Origin: Verrucomicrobiota bacterium
GTDB taxonomy: Bacteria > Verrucomicrobiota > Verrucomicrobiia > Opitutales > Opitutaceae
Assembly (NCBI GenBank): GCA_023443455.1
Contig: JAEZUE010000103.1
Coordinates: forward strand, 51,885 to 115,884
Length of the DNA stretch: 64,000 bases
Direction of reading: 5' to 3'
Part shown: positions 27,939 through 38,780 of the stretch, piece by piece
How the letters are laid out: each line of letters opens with the position of its first letter
Position numbering within the stretch: the stretch's first letter is position 1
Program-made: the position numbers and the translations under genes
The notes under the pieces: model-generated
Database searches by the model: none
What the model saw: the letters and a program-made list of their open reading frames with translations, nothing else
Told to the model about the DNA's origin: nothing

Positions 27939-28057
27939 CAACTTCGTACCTGATGTCCTTCGACGCATGCCCGATCCACGAGCATTCGCCGGAATTTCAA
28001 CTACAGATGTGTTTGCCGCTTGAGACCCGTCTTTCCGCCGGCTCTAACAACCCATTG

Positions 28058-28954
28058 ATGAAACGTGCCGCCCTGTTCCTCCTTTTCTGTGCGATCGTCG
28101 GGCGACTTCTCGGCGTGGCCGTCGGCGACAGCCGCGACGCCTTGATCAAGGAGCTGGGCGAGCCGGCCAACCATATGGCCGCCGGCAACGGAGAGATTCT
28201 GCAATATCCGGCCTTCGGCCGCATCACACTGCGGAACGGAGTGGTGACCCAGATCGATCGAACCGCTCCCACCCGGGCCGTCGTTCCCTCGACAAGCCCG
28301 AAGCCCGCCGACGGCATTGCCGACGAAGCCCATGCCCTTATCGAGGAATCCCTCGCGGGCGGGCCGCCAAAGGACTTCCACAAGAAGGTGGAGAAGAGTT
28401 CCATCGACAATCACAACTACGTGAAAATGCAGCAGGGAAAGCCGGTCGAGCTGAAGTACAGCAACCAGTGGGACGCCGCTGCCGATGCACGGCGAAAGGA
28501 GCTGGAGCTGAAGCTCGAACCGATCGACTTCATCGCGCTGGATGTGATTCCCGGCAAAGTCGTGTTTTTCGTCGGGGCAGTCCACAGCATCGCGTGCATG
28601 CTCTTTGCCGCGTTGTCGCTCTTGCTCGCCTTCAGGGTGTTCGGAGTCATCGCCCACCCGAACAACGTGGTCGCGATCGCCGCGACGCATGGCGTGGCAT
28701 TCTTCGCCGTTTTTTCGGCAATACTGTATTTCAGCGGCACACCGATCGAGAAGACACCGATTAGCCAGTACATCTTCACCGCCATTGCCGCCACCAGCCC
28801 GGTTCTCGTCCTCATGATCAATCGGGCCAGCGAGGTATGCGATTGGTCCGGATCAATCCGGGCAGCGCTGGCGACCGGCGCATGCCTCGGCGGAATGCTC
28901 TACGCAGTCGACAAGCTTCTTCCCGCGGCACGAGTTGCCGCCTGGATTCTCTGA
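28058..28954 (+). CDS. Membrane protein (hypothetical): signal/periplasmic N-domain plus four or more TM helices
   Basis: MKRAALFLLFCAIVG start and a hydrophobic C-terminal half. No motif recognised. Confidence 0.45.
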   Translation: MKRAALFLLFCAIVGRLLGVAVGDSRDALIKELGEPANHMAAGNGEILQYPAFGRITLRNGVVTQIDRTAPTRAVVPSTSPKPADGIADEAHALIEESLAGGPPKDFHKKVEKSSIDNHNYVKMQQGKPVELKYSNQWDAAADARRKELELKLEPIDFIALDVIPGKVVFFVGAVHSIACMLFAALSLLLAFRVFGVIAHPNNVVAIAATHGVAFFAVFSAILYFSGTPIEKTPISQYIFTAIAATSPVLVLMINRASEVCDWSGSIRAALATGACLGGMLYAVDKLLPAARVAAWIL

Positions 28955-29086
28955 GCGGCAGAGCGCAGGAGCCCGGGTGACGATCGGTGCGGGGCTCATC
29001 CATCGTCTTGCCGTTCATGGCGCGGTAGCGCCGGCCGTCTCGTTCCGCCTTGTTGCCCCGGCCCGCGCCCGCCACGCTGCGCGGCC

Positions 29087-29992
29087 ATGCTTCCCTCCCC
29101 CTCGGGCGCTCTCCGCCTCTTCCGCTTCGCGGGCATCACCGTCTTCCTGCACTGGTCGTGGTTCCTGATCGCGCTCTACCAGTTCACGTCGCGAGACGGC
29201 GGCTACAGCTCGCAGGCCTGGAACGCCGCCGAGTACCTCTCGCTTTTCGCCATCGTGCTGCTCCACGAGTTCGGCCACTCGCTGGCCTGCCGCTCCGTCG
29301 GCGGCCAGTCCGACCAGATCATCCTCTGGCCGCTCGGGGGCGTCGCCTTCGTGCGCCCGCCCCATCGACCCGGGGCGGAGCTGTGGAGCATCGCCGCCGG
29401 GCCGCTGGTCAACGTCGTGTTGCTGCTCGTGCTCCAGGTGCTCGACGCGGTCTCCCGCACCCAGGGCTGGCATTGGTCGGCCCCGGATCTCGCGCGCCTG
29501 ATCAATGCCGTCTGGTGGATCAACACCGGCCTGCTCGTCTTCAACCTGCTGCCGGTGTATCCGCTCGATGGTGGCCAGATCCTGCGCTCCCTGCTCTGGT
29601 TCCTCGTCGGCCCGGCGCGCAGCCTGCTCGTCGCCACCTCGCTGGGCTTCGTCGGCGTGATCGGCCTGGTCGCCCTCGCCCTGACCCGGTTCTCCGGCAA
29701 CACCCTGTGGACACTCCTCATCGCCGCCTTCCTGCTCGCCAACTGCTGGCGGGGGTTCAAACAGGCCCGGGCCATGCTCCCGGTGGAAAAGGCGCCGCGC
29801 CGCCCCGGCCACGCCTGCCCGGGCTGTCGCCAATCTCCACCGACGGGCCCGGTCTGGCTGTGCCAGCAGTGCCGCCGCCCCTTCGACGCCTTCGCCACCG
29901 ACGGCCTTTGCCCGCATTGCAGCGCACACTCCGACAACGTCGCCTGCCCGAGCTGCGGCGAGATGCACCCGATTCCGCGTTGGCGGGAGTAG
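29087..29992 (+). CDS. Site-2 protease family (M50) metalloprotease with a C-terminal four-CxxC zinc-ribbon region
   Basis: HEFGH (LLHEFGHSLA), NLLPVYPLDGG, and a tail CPGC...CQQC...CPHC...CPSC. Confidence 0.75.
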   Translation: MLPSPSGALRLFRFAGITVFLHWSWFLIALYQFTSRDGGYSSQAWNAAEYLSLFAIVLLHEFGHSLACRSVGGQSDQIILWPLGGVAFVRPPHRPGAELWSIAAGPLVNVVLLLVLQVLDAVSRTQGWHWSAPDLARLINAVWWINTGLLVFNLLPVYPLDGGQILRSLLWFLVGPARSLLVATSLGFVGVIGLVALALTRFSGNTLWTLLIAAFLLANCWRGFKQARAMLPVEKAPRRPGHACPGCRQSPPTGPVWLCQQCRRPFDAFATDGLCPHCSAHSDNVACPSCGEMHPIPRWRE

Positions 29993-30147
29993 GATCCACG
30001 GCGGCGCCCTCCCCCCTCGTAAAACATTTCCGAAACCGGAACACGCGGCACGCGGGGCCTTTCATACATCTTTGAACACAATCGGCTCTCGCTTCGGCCG
30101 ATCTGCGACTATCCTGCCAGTGCCTCCTCTCCCAGCCATAACCGCCC

Positions 30148-31272
30148 ATGACCAAGATCCTAGTCATCGATGACGAAGTCATGCTCCGTGAAGCGATCGT
30201 GCTCGGCCTGCGCGCCGAGAACTTCGAGGTGTTCGAAGCGGAGGACGGCATCACCGGCATGCAGCTCGCCCGCTCCGTCCACCCCGACCTGATCGTGAGC
30301 GACATCAACATGAAGGGGATGGACGGTTACGACACCCTCTCCGCGCTCCGCACCGACAAGGCCACCGCGAGCATCCCCTTCGTGCTCATGACCGGCCGGG
30401 CCGACCTCAAGGGCATGCGCCACGGCATGTCGCTCGGCGCCGACGACTACCTGCCCAAACCCTTCCGCCTGCACGAGCTGGTCGACGTCGTGCGCACGCG
30501 CCTCCACAAGCAGCAGGCCATCCGCGAGGAGGCCGAGAAACGCCTCTCCGAGCTGCGCAGCAACATCTCGATGATGCTGCCGCACGAGCTGCTCACCCCG
30601 CTCACCGGCATCATCGGCATGGCCGAGATGATCGTGAACGAGTCGGGGGCGCTCTCCGCCACCGAGCTGCGGGAGTTCGGCAACGACATCAAGCTCTCCG
30701 GCGTGCGCCTGCACCGCCTCATCATGAACTTTCTGGTCTACGCCCAGATCGAGATGATGACCGTGCAACCCGAACGGATACGATCCCTGCGCGAAGTCGC
30801 CCCCCTGCCCGTCGCCGCCACGGTCGAGAACTGCGCCCGACGCAAGACGCAGGACGCCGGCCGCGCCACCGACCTGCAGCTCGACCTGCAACCCGGGCAG
30901 GTGGCCATGTCGGAATCCAACCTGGCCAAGATCGTCGAGGAACTCGTCGACAACGCCTGCAAATTTTCGACCGTGGGCAAGCCGATCCAGGTGCGCACGC
31001 TCACCGACGGCACGTGGACGGAGATCAACGTCTCCGACCAGGGTCGCGGCATGAAGGAGGAACACGTCGCGAACATCGGGGCGTACGTGCAGTTCGAACG
31101 CCGTATCCACGAACAACAGGGTTCCGGCCTCGGGTTGGCGATCGTCTCCCGCCTCGCCGAGCTCCACGGCGGCCAGATCACGATCACCAGCCAGCCCGAC
31201 ATGGGCACGACGGTCACCGTCCACCTGCCCGCGCAGCCCGTGCCCACCCCCGGCAACACCGGCCCGAACTGA
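30148..31272 (+). CDS. Response-regulator receiver / histidine kinase hybrid (REC-HisKA-HATPase, no sensor domain)
   Basis: REC (ILVIDDE...DLIVSDINMKGMDGY...KPF), H-box MLPHELLTPLTGI, and ATPase boxes (DQGRGM, GSGLGLAIV). Confidence 0.8.
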   Translation: MTKILVIDDEVMLREAIVLGLRAENFEVFEAEDGITGMQLARSVHPDLIVSDINMKGMDGYDTLSALRTDKATASIPFVLMTGRADLKGMRHGMSLGADDYLPKPFRLHELVDVVRTRLHKQQAIREEAEKRLSELRSNISMMLPHELLTPLTGIIGMAEMIVNESGALSATELREFGNDIKLSGVRLHRLIMNFLVYAQIEMMTVQPERIRSLREVAPLPVAATVENCARRKTQDAGRATDLQLDLQPGQVAMSESNLAKIVEELVDNACKFSTVGKPIQVRTLTDGTWTEINVSDQGRGMKEEHVANIGAYVQFERRIHEQQGSGLGLAIVSRLAELHGGQITITSQPDMGTTVTVHLPAQPVPTPGNTGPN

Positions 31273-31306
31273 ACACGGAGGCGGCGGGGGGCGGCCCCAG
31301 CGGCCC

Positions 31307-31969
31307 CTATGCGCCCTTCCCCTGTTGCCCCGAAATTCTCGCGACGGCGCGTTCCCAGCTGGCGACGTCGGTCACGCGCTCGAGCGGATCGCCGAGCTTG
31401 TACTTCAGCCCTAGCTCCTCGCAGCGACGCGTGATGCCGAAGAGCACCTGATTGGTCTCCCAATTCACCTCGTGGAAGAGTCCCTCGGGCCAGCGCCGCA
31501 CACCGAGCAGGTAGAAATCGCCGCCGGTGGAGGGGCCGATCACCACGTCGTGGTCGAGCAGGGCCTTTGCGGCCTCGACGATCTCGTTGACGCCGCAGTA
31601 CGGGCAGTCGCTGCGCAGCAGCAGCACCATGTCGAAATGCCGCAAGGTCGCCTCGGCCGCCACCTGCGCGATCCGCTCGCCCCACGGCGCCGCCACCTGC
31701 GCGTGCACGGTGATCTCGCGCGAGCCGAGCCACTGGCGCACGTCCTTCGTGCGCTCGCCCGGCGCGACATGGATCTCCGTCGGCCAGTTCTGCGGGGCAT
31801 TGGCCAACTGGAGTTCGGCGAGCAGCCGCACGATGCGCGCGGAAAACTCGTCGCCCAGCTCCGCCCGCAGGTTGGCGGGCAACCATTCCCCTTCGGGATA
31901 ATCGAGCAGTAGGACCAGTGCGGGCGACTCCATGCGGCCAACGTGGGTCGCCCAACCACTCTTGGCCAT
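31307..31969 (-). CDS. DUF2064 / TIGR04282-family glycosyltransferase-like protein
   Basis: ...MVLLLRSDCPYCGVNEIVEAAKALLDHDVVIGPSTGGDFYLLGVRRWPEGLFHEVNWETNQV... matches the DUF2064 core. The start may be 31933. Confidence 0.6.
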   Translation of the reverse strand: MAKSGWATHVGRMESPALVLLLDYPEGEWLPANLRAELGDEFSARIVRLLAELQLANAPQNWPTEIHVAPGERTKDVRQWLGSREITVHAQVAAPWGERIAQVAAEATLRHFDMVLLLRSDCPYCGVNEIVEAAKALLDHDVVIGPSTGGDFYLLGVRRWPEGLFHEVNWETNQVLFGITRRCEELGLKYKLGDPLERVTDVASWERAVARISGQQGKGA

Positions 31970-32002
31970 CCCGATCTCGCTGGGATGACGCAGCGGGCCG
32001 GC

Positions 32003-32701
32003 CTACGGCTTCGGCGGCTCGTTCGCCGACTCCTTCTTCGCACCACGATCCTCCCACATGCGCTCGACGGCCCGGCGCGAGCCGAGTCCGAAAGCGAGCA
32101 CCGCAGCCAACGCAAGAGCACCGAAGAAGAGCAAAAACGCGCCGTTCACGATCACCGGGGCGACCTGCAACTGGGCCAACGCAATGCCGCCGGCGATCGC
32201 CACCAGCCCCGCATAGACGGCGCGCCCGGCGAGCCGCGCCCGGGAAAACCCCTCCTGATGCAATGCCCGCTGGACCGCACGCGACACCCCGAGCGCCACC
32301 CCCCACCCGATCAACAACACCACGCCCGCGATCAACAGACGCGGCGCGATGTCGACCAGGCGGCCGATCATCGACGAGAGCACCGTCAGTCGCCAGATCA
32401 CCACGGCGTTCTCGAGGAAGCCGAGGAAAACGATCGTGCCGAGCACCATGCCGACCATGGCGAAGAGCGAATGGCGCACGTCGCCTTTTTCGAGCGCGCG
32501 CGACCAGCCGAGCCGCACGATCACCCGGTCGACCCGGGAGAGGATCAGCAGCCGCACCATCACCTTCGAGCAGACCCAGGCGACGAAGAGTCCGACGACC
32601 ACCACCACCAGACCGCCAAGCAGGTTGGGCAGGTAGTCCTGGATTTCGGTGAGCACGTCACCGACGGTGACCGAGAGCTGGGCGGGAGAGGTCGTGTCCA
32701 T
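32003..32701 (-). CDS. Multi-pass membrane protein (conserved-TM-helix-repeat type; function unknown)
   Basis: Repeated hydrophobic helices with short basic linkers. Confidence 0.4.
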   Translation of the reverse strand: MDTTSPAQLSVTVGDVLTEIQDYLPNLLGGLVVVVVGLFVAWVCSKVMVRLLILSRVDRVIVRLGWSRALEKGDVRHSLFAMVGMVLGTIVFLGFLENAVVIWRLTVLSSMIGRLVDIAPRLLIAGVVLLIGWGVALGVSRAVQRALHQEGFSRARLAGRAVYAGLVAIAGGIALAQLQVAPVIVNGAFLLFFGALALAAVLAFGLGSRRAVERMWEDRGAKKESANEPPKP

Positions 32702-32714
32702 GGGAAAGCGGGTT

Positions 32715-34946
32715 CTAGCGAATCCAACGTTTGGGGTCGGAGGCCATCTCGTAGACGGTGACGACCGCCTTGCGGGTGCGGTCGGCGAGCTCGAGTGGCA
32801 GGGCGAAACTGAAGAGTTGTTCGAGGAAGCCGGCCTCGGAACCGCCGACGACGATCAGGTCGGCGTCGCGCGACTCGCGCAGCACGCCGGAGAGGATGTC
32901 GGCCGCACGCACCACCGCCTGTTGGCCGTCGGGGAAGCGCCCGTCGAGCGCCTTCGCCATCTCGTCCGCGGCCGCCCCGGCCTGCGCCTCGGTCGCCGCC
33001 ACCGGCAACACATGCACGGCCCGCACCGCCGCCCGGTTCACCTGCGCGACCGCTCCGACCAGATCGGTCGCGAGCGACGAATGCGGACCGCTCTCGAAGG
33101 GGAACAGGATCTTGCCGATGCGCTGCGGCCAAGTCTCCGCGCTCACGACCATCACCTGCGCCGGCGCCGAGCGCACCACCCGGTCCACCAACGTCGCGGC
33201 GAAACGGTCGAGCCAGCCCACCCGCCGGGCGCGCCCCATGACGATCAGGTTGCACTGCTCCTCGAGCGCGGTCTCGGCGATGCCGTAGGAGATGCGATGC
33301 GACACCTTGACCACCGTCTTCACCGGGAGCCCGTCGAGGCGGAGGCCGGCAAAAGCCGCCTGCAGCTTCGCGCGGGCGGCCTCGGCGTGGTCGAGACCAC
33401 GGGCGAGGATCTCGCGTTCGTCGACCTCGACCACGCTCAGCGCGATCAACTCGCCCTCGAAATGGCGGGCGACGTTGGCGGCGGCGTTGAGGATGGTCGC
33501 GGCCCGGTCCGGATTTCCGATACAGGCGAGGATGCGGTAGTCACGCCGTTCGGCGGCCTCGCGCACGGCGACGAGCTGGGTGTAGGCGCGGTCGCGTTTG
33601 CGCGAGTAGGCGTAGAACACGCCCAGCCCCAGGGCGATCCAGACCGCGGCGCTCAGCCACGCCATCGGGCTGTAGAAGAAGAGGAAGCCGGCCAGCCCGA
33701 GCTGGAACAGGATGCCCACGAGCGGGATGAACGGCACCAACGGCACCCGGAAACCGCGCCGCAGATCGGGGCGTTTCTTGCGCAGCGCGATCAGCGCCGC
33801 CTGCACCTGGATGAACAGGAGCAGGAACATGATGTTGGCCGCGCTGGCCACCGTCTCGATCGGCAACGTCACCGCCATGAACACGCTGAGCAGGCCCGAG
33901 ACGACGATCGACCAGTGCGGGGTCTTGCGGGCGGGATGGATACGGCCGAACCAGGCCGGGAGATTGCGGTCGCGGCCCATCGCGAAGGAGACGCGCGACG
34001 ACGAGTAGATCGTGGCGTTGAGCGCGCTCATCGTGGAGAACAGGCCGCCGATGAGGATGAGCACGTCGCCGCCGCGGAAGAACGAGCGGGCGACATTGAC
34101 CAGCGCGGTCTCCTTGTGTTCGCCGAGGTATTGCCAGCTCGTCATGCCCTCGGGCTGCACCGATCCGAGCGCGGCGAAGGCGACCAGCAGGTAGATCGGA
34201 ATGACGATCGCCAGCGACAGGAAGATCGCGCGCGGCACGTTGCGCTCCGGATCACGCACCTCCTCGCTGCACTGCGCGATGATCTCGTAGCCCTCGAAGG
34301 CGATGAACGTGAGACCCATCGCGATGAAGATGCTGCCCATGCCGTTGGGCAGCGGATTCTCGGTGAAGGTCAGATGCCAGTCGGGCCGGGCCACCGTGAT
34401 CCACACGCCGAAACCGACGAAGACGGCCAGCAGCAGAATCTTGCCACCGGTCACGAAATTGCCCGCCCCTCCCGCCTCGGAGGCGCCGCGGTAGTTGATC
34501 ACGCAGAAGAGCGCGACCACGACCACCGCCATCCACTTCTCCATCGAGAGCAACGGCAGCGTGAAATCCGCCAGCCCAAGCAGCGGCAGGCACTCCTTCA
34601 TGTACGCGCCGAAACCCAGCCCGTACAACGCGCAGGCCACGACATAGGCGAACCACGACATCCACCCGCTCATGAAGCCCTGCGGGTCCTTGAGTCCGGT
34701 CTTCACATACAGGTAGCCGCCGCCCGCGCTGTGAAAGGAGGAACCCAGCTCGGCATACGCCGCCGCCGCGAACATCGTCACCAGCCCGTTGAGGGCGAAG
34801 GCGAGGATCAGCCCCGGGCCGGCCACTCCCGCGGCGATGCCCGTGAGCACGAAGATGCCGGCACCGATCATCGCGCCCACGCCGATCATCGTGATATCCA
34901 GCAGGCGCATCTCCCGGCTCAGGCGGACTTCAGGGTTGGAAGCCAT
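32715..34946 (-). CDS. APC-family amino-acid permease fused to tandem universal-stress-protein (USP) domains
   Basis: N-terminal LLDITMIGVGAMIGAGIFVLTG... with 12 TM helices. The C-terminal ~280 aa contains two USP-like halves (ILACIGNPDRA..., KILFPFESGPHS...LIVVGG). Confidence 0.75.
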   Translation of the reverse strand: MASNPEVRLSREMRLLDITMIGVGAMIGAGIFVLTGIAAGVAGPGLILAFALNGLVTMFAAAAYAELGSSFHSAGGGYLYVKTGLKDPQGFMSGWMSWFAYVVACALYGLGFGAYMKECLPLLGLADFTLPLLSMEKWMAVVVVALFCVINYRGASEAGGAGNFVTGGKILLLAVFVGFGVWITVARPDWHLTFTENPLPNGMGSIFIAMGLTFIAFEGYEIIAQCSEEVRDPERNVPRAIFLSLAIVIPIYLLVAFAALGSVQPEGMTSWQYLGEHKETALVNVARSFFRGGDVLILIGGLFSTMSALNATIYSSSRVSFAMGRDRNLPAWFGRIHPARKTPHWSIVVSGLLSVFMAVTLPIETVASAANIMFLLLFIQVQAALIALRKKRPDLRRGFRVPLVPFIPLVGILFQLGLAGFLFFYSPMAWLSAAVWIALGLGVFYAYSRKRDRAYTQLVAVREAAERRDYRILACIGNPDRAATILNAAANVARHFEGELIALSVVEVDEREILARGLDHAEAARAKLQAAFAGLRLDGLPVKTVVKVSHRISYGIAETALEEQCNLIVMGRARRVGWLDRFAATLVDRVVRSAPAQVMVVSAETWPQRIGKILFPFESGPHSSLATDLVGAVAQVNRAAVRAVHVLPVAATEAQAGAAADEMAKALDGRFPDGQQAVVRAADILSGVLRESRDADLIVVGGSEAGFLEQLFSFALPLELADRTRKAVVTVYEMASDPKRWIR

Positions 34947-35047
34947 GGTGTGGCGCCGATGACAGGGCCGGACCGGAGAGGCCTCAATTCAAAACGACCG
35001 GGGACCGAAACCTCCCCGCATCGACCGCGCGCCCCAGATGCGCCCCT

Positions 35048-35120
35048 GTAGGAGCCTGCTTGCAGGCGATCTGTGCGCCGCCGCCAACGAATCCGGAATC
35101 GCCTGCAAGCAGGCTCCTAC
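35048..35120. repeat. REP doublet: two inverted GTAG-headed REP hairpins, left flank of the RAYT
   Basis: GTAGGAGCCTGCTTGCAGGCGAT ... ATCGCCTGCAAGCAGGCTCCTAC. Confidence 0.85.
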
Positions 35121-35227
35121 ATCCCGATACATTCGGATTTGCGGCGTGTCCTCGGATCCGCCTTGATGCGGACGCCCGTTCCGCCGACACCCCGCAGCCG
35201 GCATATTCCCTCCAATCGGGGACCATC

Positions 35228-35746
35228 ATGGCTGCATTCAATCCCTCCAGAGGCCACGCCGCCCTTCGGCGAGGTCGCAACTCCGCAAACGGCGCCACTT
35301 ACTTTCTGACGCTATGCACCGCTGCGAAGCAACCCGGCCTCTGCATCCCGGGAATAGCAGCGGTTATCGTGGAACAAATCGCGGCGATGGACGCCGACAG
35401 ATCGTGGTTGGCGCGCTGCCATGTTATCATGCCCGACCACCTGCACCTGCTTGTCGTCCTCGGAGACCGGCTCCCGCTCGGCCGGGCGGTCCAACGCCTG
35501 AAAGCCAAAACATCATCGGCGCTGCATGCCGCCGGAATCGCGTGGGAGCGCAACTTCTTCGATCACAAACCGCGCGCCACGGAGCCAGCAGATCCAGTCC
35601 TCCGGTACATCTACCTCAACCCGTATCGCGCCAACTTGGTGCAACCACATGAACGCTGGCCACACTACCACTGCAGTGCGGTGGATTGGCAGTGGTTCGG
35701 TAGGCAGCTCGACCGGGAACTGCCGATCCCGGAATGGCTCGGTTGA
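35228..35746 (+). CDS. REP-associated tyrosine transposase (RAYT; IS200/IS605-like Y1 HUH transposase)
   Basis: HUH motif MPDHLHLLV and catalytic Tyr region YIYLNPYRA. About 172 aa, bracketed by REP doublets. Confidence 0.8.
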   Translation: MAAFNPSRGHAALRRGRNSANGATYFLTLCTAAKQPGLCIPGIAAVIVEQIAAMDADRSWLARCHVIMPDHLHLLVVLGDRLPLGRAVQRLKAKTSSALHAAGIAWERNFFDHKPRATEPADPVLRYIYLNPYRANLVQPHERWPHYHCSAVDWQWFGRQLDRELPIPEWLG

Positions 35747-35749
35747 ACC

Positions 35750-35823
35750 GTAGGAGCCTGCTTGCAGGCGATCTGTGCGCCGCCCGCCAACGGATTCGGA
35801 ATCGCCTGCAAGCAGGCTCCTAC
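35750..35823. repeat. REP doublet, right flank of the RAYT
   Basis: Near-identical to 35048-35120: GTAGGAGCCTGCTTGCAGGCGAT ... ATCGCCTGCAAGCAGGCTCCTAC. Confidence 0.85.
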
Positions 35824-35842
35824 ATTCGGTTTCCCACGCGGA

Positions 35843-35886
35843 ACCGAAAAACGAAACAGCCGCGACACCGAAAGGGGCCGCGGCTG
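35843..35886 (-). terminator. Rho-independent terminator downstream of ahcY
   Basis: On the minus strand: CAGCCGCG-loop-CGCGGCTG followed by TTTCGTTTTTCGG. Confidence 0.6.
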
Positions 35887-35928
35887 CGAGAATCACGAAC
35901 GGGCGGGTAAACTCCCGCCGTTCCCCCC

Positions 35929-37335
35929 TCAGTACCGATAGTGCTCGGGCTTGTAGGGGCCGTCCACGGACACGCCGAGGTAGGCGGCCTGCTTCTCGGT
36001 GAGCTTGGTGAGCTTCACGCCGATCTGCTCGAGGTGCAGGCGGGCGACCTCCTCGTCGAGGGCCTTCGAGAGGCGGTAGACGCCGACCTTGTAGGTGTCG
36101 CGATTCTTCCAGAGATCGATCTGCGCGAGCGTCTGGTTGGTGAAGCTGTTCGACATCACGAACGACGGGTGGCCCTTGGCGCAACCGAGGTTCACAAGGC
36201 GGCCTTCGGCGAGCACGAGGATCGAGCGGCCGTGCGGGAACGTGTAGCGGTCGAGCTGCGGCTTGATGTTGTCGCGCACGACGCCGGGCGCCGTATTCAG
36301 GCGGGCGATCTGGATCTCGTTGTCGAAGTGGCCGATGTTGCAGACGATCGCGTTGTCCTTCATCGCCGAGAGGTGCTCGTAGGTGAGCACGTCGCAGTTG
36401 CCGGTGGTGGTCACATAGATGTCGCCGGTGCCGAGGGTGTCCTCGACCGTCTTCACCTCGAAACCTTCCATCGCGGCCTGCAGGGCGTTGATCGGGTCGA
36501 TCTCCGTAACGATGACGCGGGCACCGAAGCCGCGCAGCGAGTGCGCGGAGCCCTTGCCGACGTCGCCGTAGCCGCAGACCACCGCGACCTTGCCGGCGAT
36601 CATCACGTCGGTGGCGCGCTTGATGCCGTCGGCCAGCGACTCGCGGCAGCCGTAGAGATTGTCGAACTTCGACTTGGTGACCGAGTCGTTGACGTTGATC
36701 GCGGGCACGAGGAGCTTTCCGACTTCGTGCAGCTGATACAGGCGGTGCACGCCGGTGGTCGTCTCCTCGGAGACGCCGCGCCACTCCTTGACGAGGGCGG
36801 TGAAGATCCCCGGCTGCGCGACCTTGATCTTCTTGAGGAGGTCCTTGATGACCTGCTCCTCGTGCGAGCCGGAGGCGGAGCTCACCCAGTCGGAGCCCTG
36901 CTCCATCTCGTAGCCCTTGTGGAGGAGGAGGGTCACATCGCCGCCGTCGTCGACGACGAGCTGCGGGCCCTTGCCGTCGGGGCCGACGATGGCGTGCCAG
37001 GTCATGTCCCAGTATTCCTCGAGCGTCTCGCCCTTCCAGGCAAAGACGGGGATGCCGGCCTGGGCGATGGCGGCGGCGGCGCTGTCGACGGTGGAGAAGA
37101 TGTTGCAGGAGGCCCAGCGCACGGTGGCGCCGAGAGCGACGAGCGTCTCGATGAGCACGGCCGTCTGGTTGGTCATGTGCAACGAGCCGGTGATGCGGAC
37201 GCCGGCCAGCGGCTTGGTCTGCGAATACTTGGCGCGGACGGACATGAGGCCGGGCATCTCGGCCTCGGCCATGGCGATCTCCTTGCGGCCGAGTTCAGCG
37301 AGGGAGAGATCACGGACTTTGAAATCTTGGGACAT
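35929..37335 (-). CDS. ahcY: Adenosylhomocysteinase
   Basis: [31 protein letters not shown]..., an NAD-binding GYGDVGKG motif, and the C-terminal ...PEHYRY. Confidence 0.95.
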   Translation of the reverse strand: MSQDFKVRDLSLAELGRKEIAMAEAEMPGLMSVRAKYSQTKPLAGVRITGSLHMTNQTAVLIETLVALGATVRWASCNIFSTVDSAAAAIAQAGIPVFAWKGETLEEYWDMTWHAIVGPDGKGPQLVVDDGGDVTLLLHKGYEMEQGSDWVSSASGSHEEQVIKDLLKKIKVAQPGIFTALVKEWRGVSEETTTGVHRLYQLHEVGKLLVPAINVNDSVTKSKFDNLYGCRESLADGIKRATDVMIAGKVAVVCGYGDVGKGSAHSLRGFGARVIVTEIDPINALQAAMEGFEVKTVEDTLGTGDIYVTTTGNCDVLTYEHLSAMKDNAIVCNIGHFDNEIQIARLNTAPGVVRDNIKPQLDRYTFPHGRSILVLAEGRLVNLGCAKGHPSFVMSNSFTNQTLAQIDLWKNRDTYKVGVYRLSKALDEEVARLHLEQIGVKLTKLTEKQAAYLGVSVDGPYKPEHYRY

Positions 37336-37366
37336 GGGCGGAAGAGGGGATGAGGGATGAAGGAGT

Positions 37367-37411
37367 GAGGGAGTGAGGGTGCCGATGTCGCGGCTGGAGC
37401 CCTCCTCCCTC
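37367..37411 (-). promoter_or_regulatory. Strong stem-loop in the metK-ahcY spacer / ahcY leader
   Basis: In the mRNA sense, GAGGGAGGAGGG pairs with CCCUCACUCCCUC (12 bp, one bulged A). The helix encloses a GCCG-CGACAU-CGGC mini-hairpin and is followed by a CU-rich tract up to the AUG. Confidence 0.4.
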
Positions 37412-37428
37412 GCGGAAGCGAGCCGTGC

Positions 37429-38601
<1,173 letters not shown>

Positions 38602-38780
38602 GGAGAGTTCGAGTTGGAGGCGGCCACCGTGGCCGGAAGCGAGGCTAAAGCAAGGCGATTATCAACGTATCTCTATTCCTTGATGCGAACTACTGAGACA
38701 ATTGCGTGCTCTTCGCGCGGGCACCGGTATTGCCTTTCGGTTCACGACTCCGCATGGTCGGCCGAGCGAAGCGGCCCCGT

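Noticed and set aside
38602-38780. SAM riboswitch upstream of metK.
   Set aside because: The leader has an AT-richer stretch and small hairpins (AUCAA...UUGAU, GGCCA-CGG-UGGCC). I could not match it to the SAM-I, SAM-II or SAM/SAH consensus features I remember. It should be scanned with Rfam models but is not claimed here.
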